From Chloroflexota bacterium (GTDB taxonomy: Bacteria > Chloroflexota > UBA11872): 59,966 nucleotides of DNA. The stretch spans positions 1-59,966 of the forward strand of contig DAOUIX010000186.1 in the NCBI GenBank assembly GCA_034423235.1. Reading direction: 5' to 3'. Shown here in pieces: positions 58,007 through 59,966 of the stretch (position 1 is the stretch's first letter; each line of letters begins with the position of its first letter). The notes below the pieces were generated by a model that did no database searches, had not been told where the DNA came from, and saw only the letters and a list, made by a program, of their open reading frames with translations. The position numbers and the translations under genes are program-made.

Positions 58007-58257
58007 GAGTGAGCCTCCGAGCGCTGGACTGCGGGTTGGCCCCACGTCGCGCGTTGCGAATCCAGCGCCTCCAGGTCCGCCGCGCCGCGGTCCCGCAGTC
58101 GCGACGCCTGACGCTCGCGCATGGCCAGCGCTGTGTCGTGCGCTTCCTGGCGGTCAGGCGTGATTACCAGAATCTGCCGCCCGCCCGCGGCGCCAGGGAA
58201 GTGATGGACCAGGCGCCGCGCCAGCCGGCGCCTGATCCAGATGATGGGAGCGTGCAT
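58003..58257 (-). CDS. Small hypothetical protein in the capsid operon
   Basis: RBS AGGAGG 9 nt before ATG; stop overlaps next start. Confidence 0.7.
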   Translation of the reverse strand: MHAPIIWIRRRLARRLVHHFPGAAGGRQILVITPDRQEAHDTALAMRERQASRLRDRGAADLEALDSQRATWGQPAVQRSEAHS

Positions 58258-58289
58258 GTGCTGCTACCTCCTACTGGAACCGCCCAGCC

Positions 58290-59144
58290 TTAGCTGGACG
58301 GGGTGGACGCGTCGAAGTACATCTCCACGCCCCAGGCGTCCGCGTATTCGCCCAGGCCGTAGTCGGCCACCACGTTCAGTTCCCAGGCCCGCAGCGAGGC
58401 GTCGCGCTCGCGTTCCACGGCCCAGTCCTTAAACATCACCAGCACCAACGCCTCCTTGGAGAACACCGCGCCCTTGGCGTCGTCACTGGCGTCCACCGCC
58501 AGATTTCCGGCTTGAAAGACGTCCACGCCGAACGCGCGTGCCACCCAGTGGTTCTCCAGCACCGTCTGCGAAATGCCGGCCGGCACCGGGTAGGCGCCCG
58601 TGGGGGAAATGTCCGCCGCCAGGTCGTGCGCCTGGTACGGATGCAGCACGGCGTGGAACGGCTGCGGCGCCGGTTCAGTCGCCCCGTGCAGGCGCGACAC
58701 CGCCGCCCGCAGGTGGCCCATCGAAATGTTCTGGCCGGCTCCGCCCAGCGACGCGCTGAAGCCGTCCAGCAGCCCCAGCAGGTCCCGGTCCAGCTTGCGG
58801 GCGATCGCGTCGCCCAAAACCCGCCCGGCGGCCCGGGCCATGTCTTCCTTGGCCGTCCGCAGCGCGCGGTCGGTCAGCACGATCTGCGCCCCGACCTCGG
58901 CCGGCGTGATCGTGATCTTGCCCGTGGTCAGCGTCTGCGGGTTCGTCATGTCCACGCCCTCGGTCAGGGCGGCCGCCGACACCGTGCCGAACTTGGGGAT
59001 CTCCAGCCGGTCGCCGGCCCCACGCGGCACGCGGTAAGTCCGCACCAGCGGTTCCATCACCGTCCGGTGCATCTGCGTGCGGCGGGCCTCGGCGATCACC
59101 GTGTCCACCACGTCGCCAATCGAATCGCTCTTCGTAATCGCCAC
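58290..59144 (-). CDS. HK97-fold major capsid protein (P22-coat/N4-gp56-like), 284 aa
   Basis: GTG 59144, RBS GGAGGGA; E-loop LEIPKFGTVSAAALTEG, spine helix MARAAGRVLGDAIARKLDRDLL, C-terminal VERERDASLRAWELNVVADYG. Confidence 0.85.
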   Translation of the reverse strand: MAITKSDSIGDVVDTVIAEARRTQMHRTVMEPLVRTYRVPRGAGDRLEIPKFGTVSAAALTEGVDMTNPQTLTTGKITITPAEVGAQIVLTDRALRTAKEDMARAAGRVLGDAIARKLDRDLLGLLDGFSASLGGAGQNISMGHLRAAVSRLHGATEPAPQPFHAVLHPYQAHDLAADISPTGAYPVPAGISQTVLENHWVARAFGVDVFQAGNLAVDASDDAKGAVFSKEALVLVMFKDWAVERERDASLRAWELNVVADYGLGEYADAWGVEMYFDASTPSS

Positions 59145-59561
59145 TGCCTGTCCCTCCGGAGCACCCGCCAATACAGCGGCGCTCCCGCTATCTCGTTCCT
59201 GGAAGGCAGCCCCGCGTCGGGGAGCCTTCCGTACGGCCGCGGCGCTGCGGGGGCGCCGACGCGGCGAAGCCGTTGCTACGCCGGCACTTGGACTCGTGGA
59301 GCACCCCGGGTTGAGCCCCGGCCACTGGGGACGCACCAGTCCGACATCCCGTCGGACGATGCGCGGCCCGCCGCCCCCGTACTCCACGCAAGCGCGCTGG
59401 GCGGTGATGGCGCCGCCGCCGGGTTCACCTCCCCGTCGCCGGACGCACCATCTGGCGCGCCTGGCGGCGGTTGGGTCACGCGGCGCGGGCCGCCACCGCC
59501 TCGCCTCGGCCGACCGCCGCTCGTCCGGCGGACTCGATCAGGTCCGAAGCGCTACACCCAT

Positions 59562-59590
59562 AGTGTACACGATTAGAATACGACATGCAA
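59562..59590 (-). promoter_or_regulatory. sigma70-type promoter facing the capsid operon
   Basis: Minus strand TTGCAT-17 nt-TACACT. Confidence 0.65.
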
Positions 59591-59675
59591 CCCAAGTCTC
59601 GCCCACGACTTCTTCCCTTGCCGGTGATCGACCGCTACGATGCATGGGTCTTCCGGGTTGCCCACGGAGGCGGCG

Positions 59676-59966
59676 GATGCCGAGCATGCACGCGTTCCTT
59701 AGCCACAACACGGTCCGCAGAGTTCTCGCCGGCGCGGCGCTGGCCGCGGCGCTGGCGTTAGCGCTCACGGCCACGCGGGCCCTGGCGCAATGGCCCACGA
59801 CCTGCGTGGAACTGAACGACATCGTCGAGACCCACCTGGGTAACTCCCAGAACGTCGGCATTTACCAGCGCGTCTTCGGCGACCAGGCCGAGCAGGCCTG
59901 TCAGAACGACCATCGCGCCGATGTCCAGGGCACCTTTGCCTGGGCTATCCCGGCCCCGGTCCCCAC
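59676..59966 (+). CDS. Secreted protein of unknown function (3'-truncated by window edge)
   Basis: Not in ORF track; RBS GGAGG; signal peptide ...LAGAALAAALALALTATRALA|QWPTTCVELNDIVETHLGN...ACQNDHR. Confidence 0.8.

Noticed and set aside
58290-59144. Classical family-1 encapsulin
   Set aside because: No Linocin-M18-type sequence pattern and no cargo enzyme; neighbours are tail-like. A portal-less shell remains possible
59321-59340. c-di-GMP-I riboswitch (GGGACGCA)
   Set aside because: Only a short match, on the strand opposite the capsid transcript; GAAA tetraloop/receptor context missing
52937-59675. Complete inducible prophage with att sites
   Set aside because: No integrase, terminase, portal, repressor or replication genes; no flanking direct repeat or tRNA target seen
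1-59966. CRISPR array, rRNA, tRNA (including tRNA-Sec), tmRNA, RNase P RNA
   Set aside because: No regularly spaced repeats and no cloverleaf or hallmark motifs found by eye; tRNAscan/Infernal not run

Overview
High-GC chromosomal window, most likely from a Chloroflexota bacterium. This is an inference from a Chlor_Arch_YYY/DUF2298 glycosyltransferase and general gene content; a symbiont-type lifestyle is only a guess. It is probably origin-proximal, because a perfect parS site lies at 30102-30117. Housekeeping genes: ABC exporters, mutS2, rsfS, nadD, FabL-like reductase, amt, birA, selB, pgk, gap, yvcK, tsaC. Accessory content: (1) an unannotated UxxC selenoprotein (AhpC/TSA-like, in-frame TGA at 6234-6236 followed by hairpins), about 20 kb from selB; (2) a hopanoid block (hpnC-hpnD-hpnE-shc, hpnH, dxs, polyprenyl synthase) between yvcK and gap, with a MazEF-like module between shc and hpnH and no hpnG; (3) a partner-switching cluster (3 STAS, REC-PP2C, RsbW-like kinase, periplasmic binding protein, sensor kinase) with no sigma factor; (4) a decayed VapBC-like pair and a perfect 40-bp palindrome; (5) the best candidate for an undescribed system, an intact six-gene virion-structural operon at 52990-59144 (HK97-fold capsid, small ORF, adaptor-like, nozzle-like, fibre-like, holin-like). 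The operon has a sigma70-type promoter and a ~400-nt structured leader, lies between host genes, and has no terminase, portal, integrase, repressor or replication gene, so it may be a domesticated GTA-like or adhesive particle module. All family assignments come from motif recognition by eye; no searches were run.
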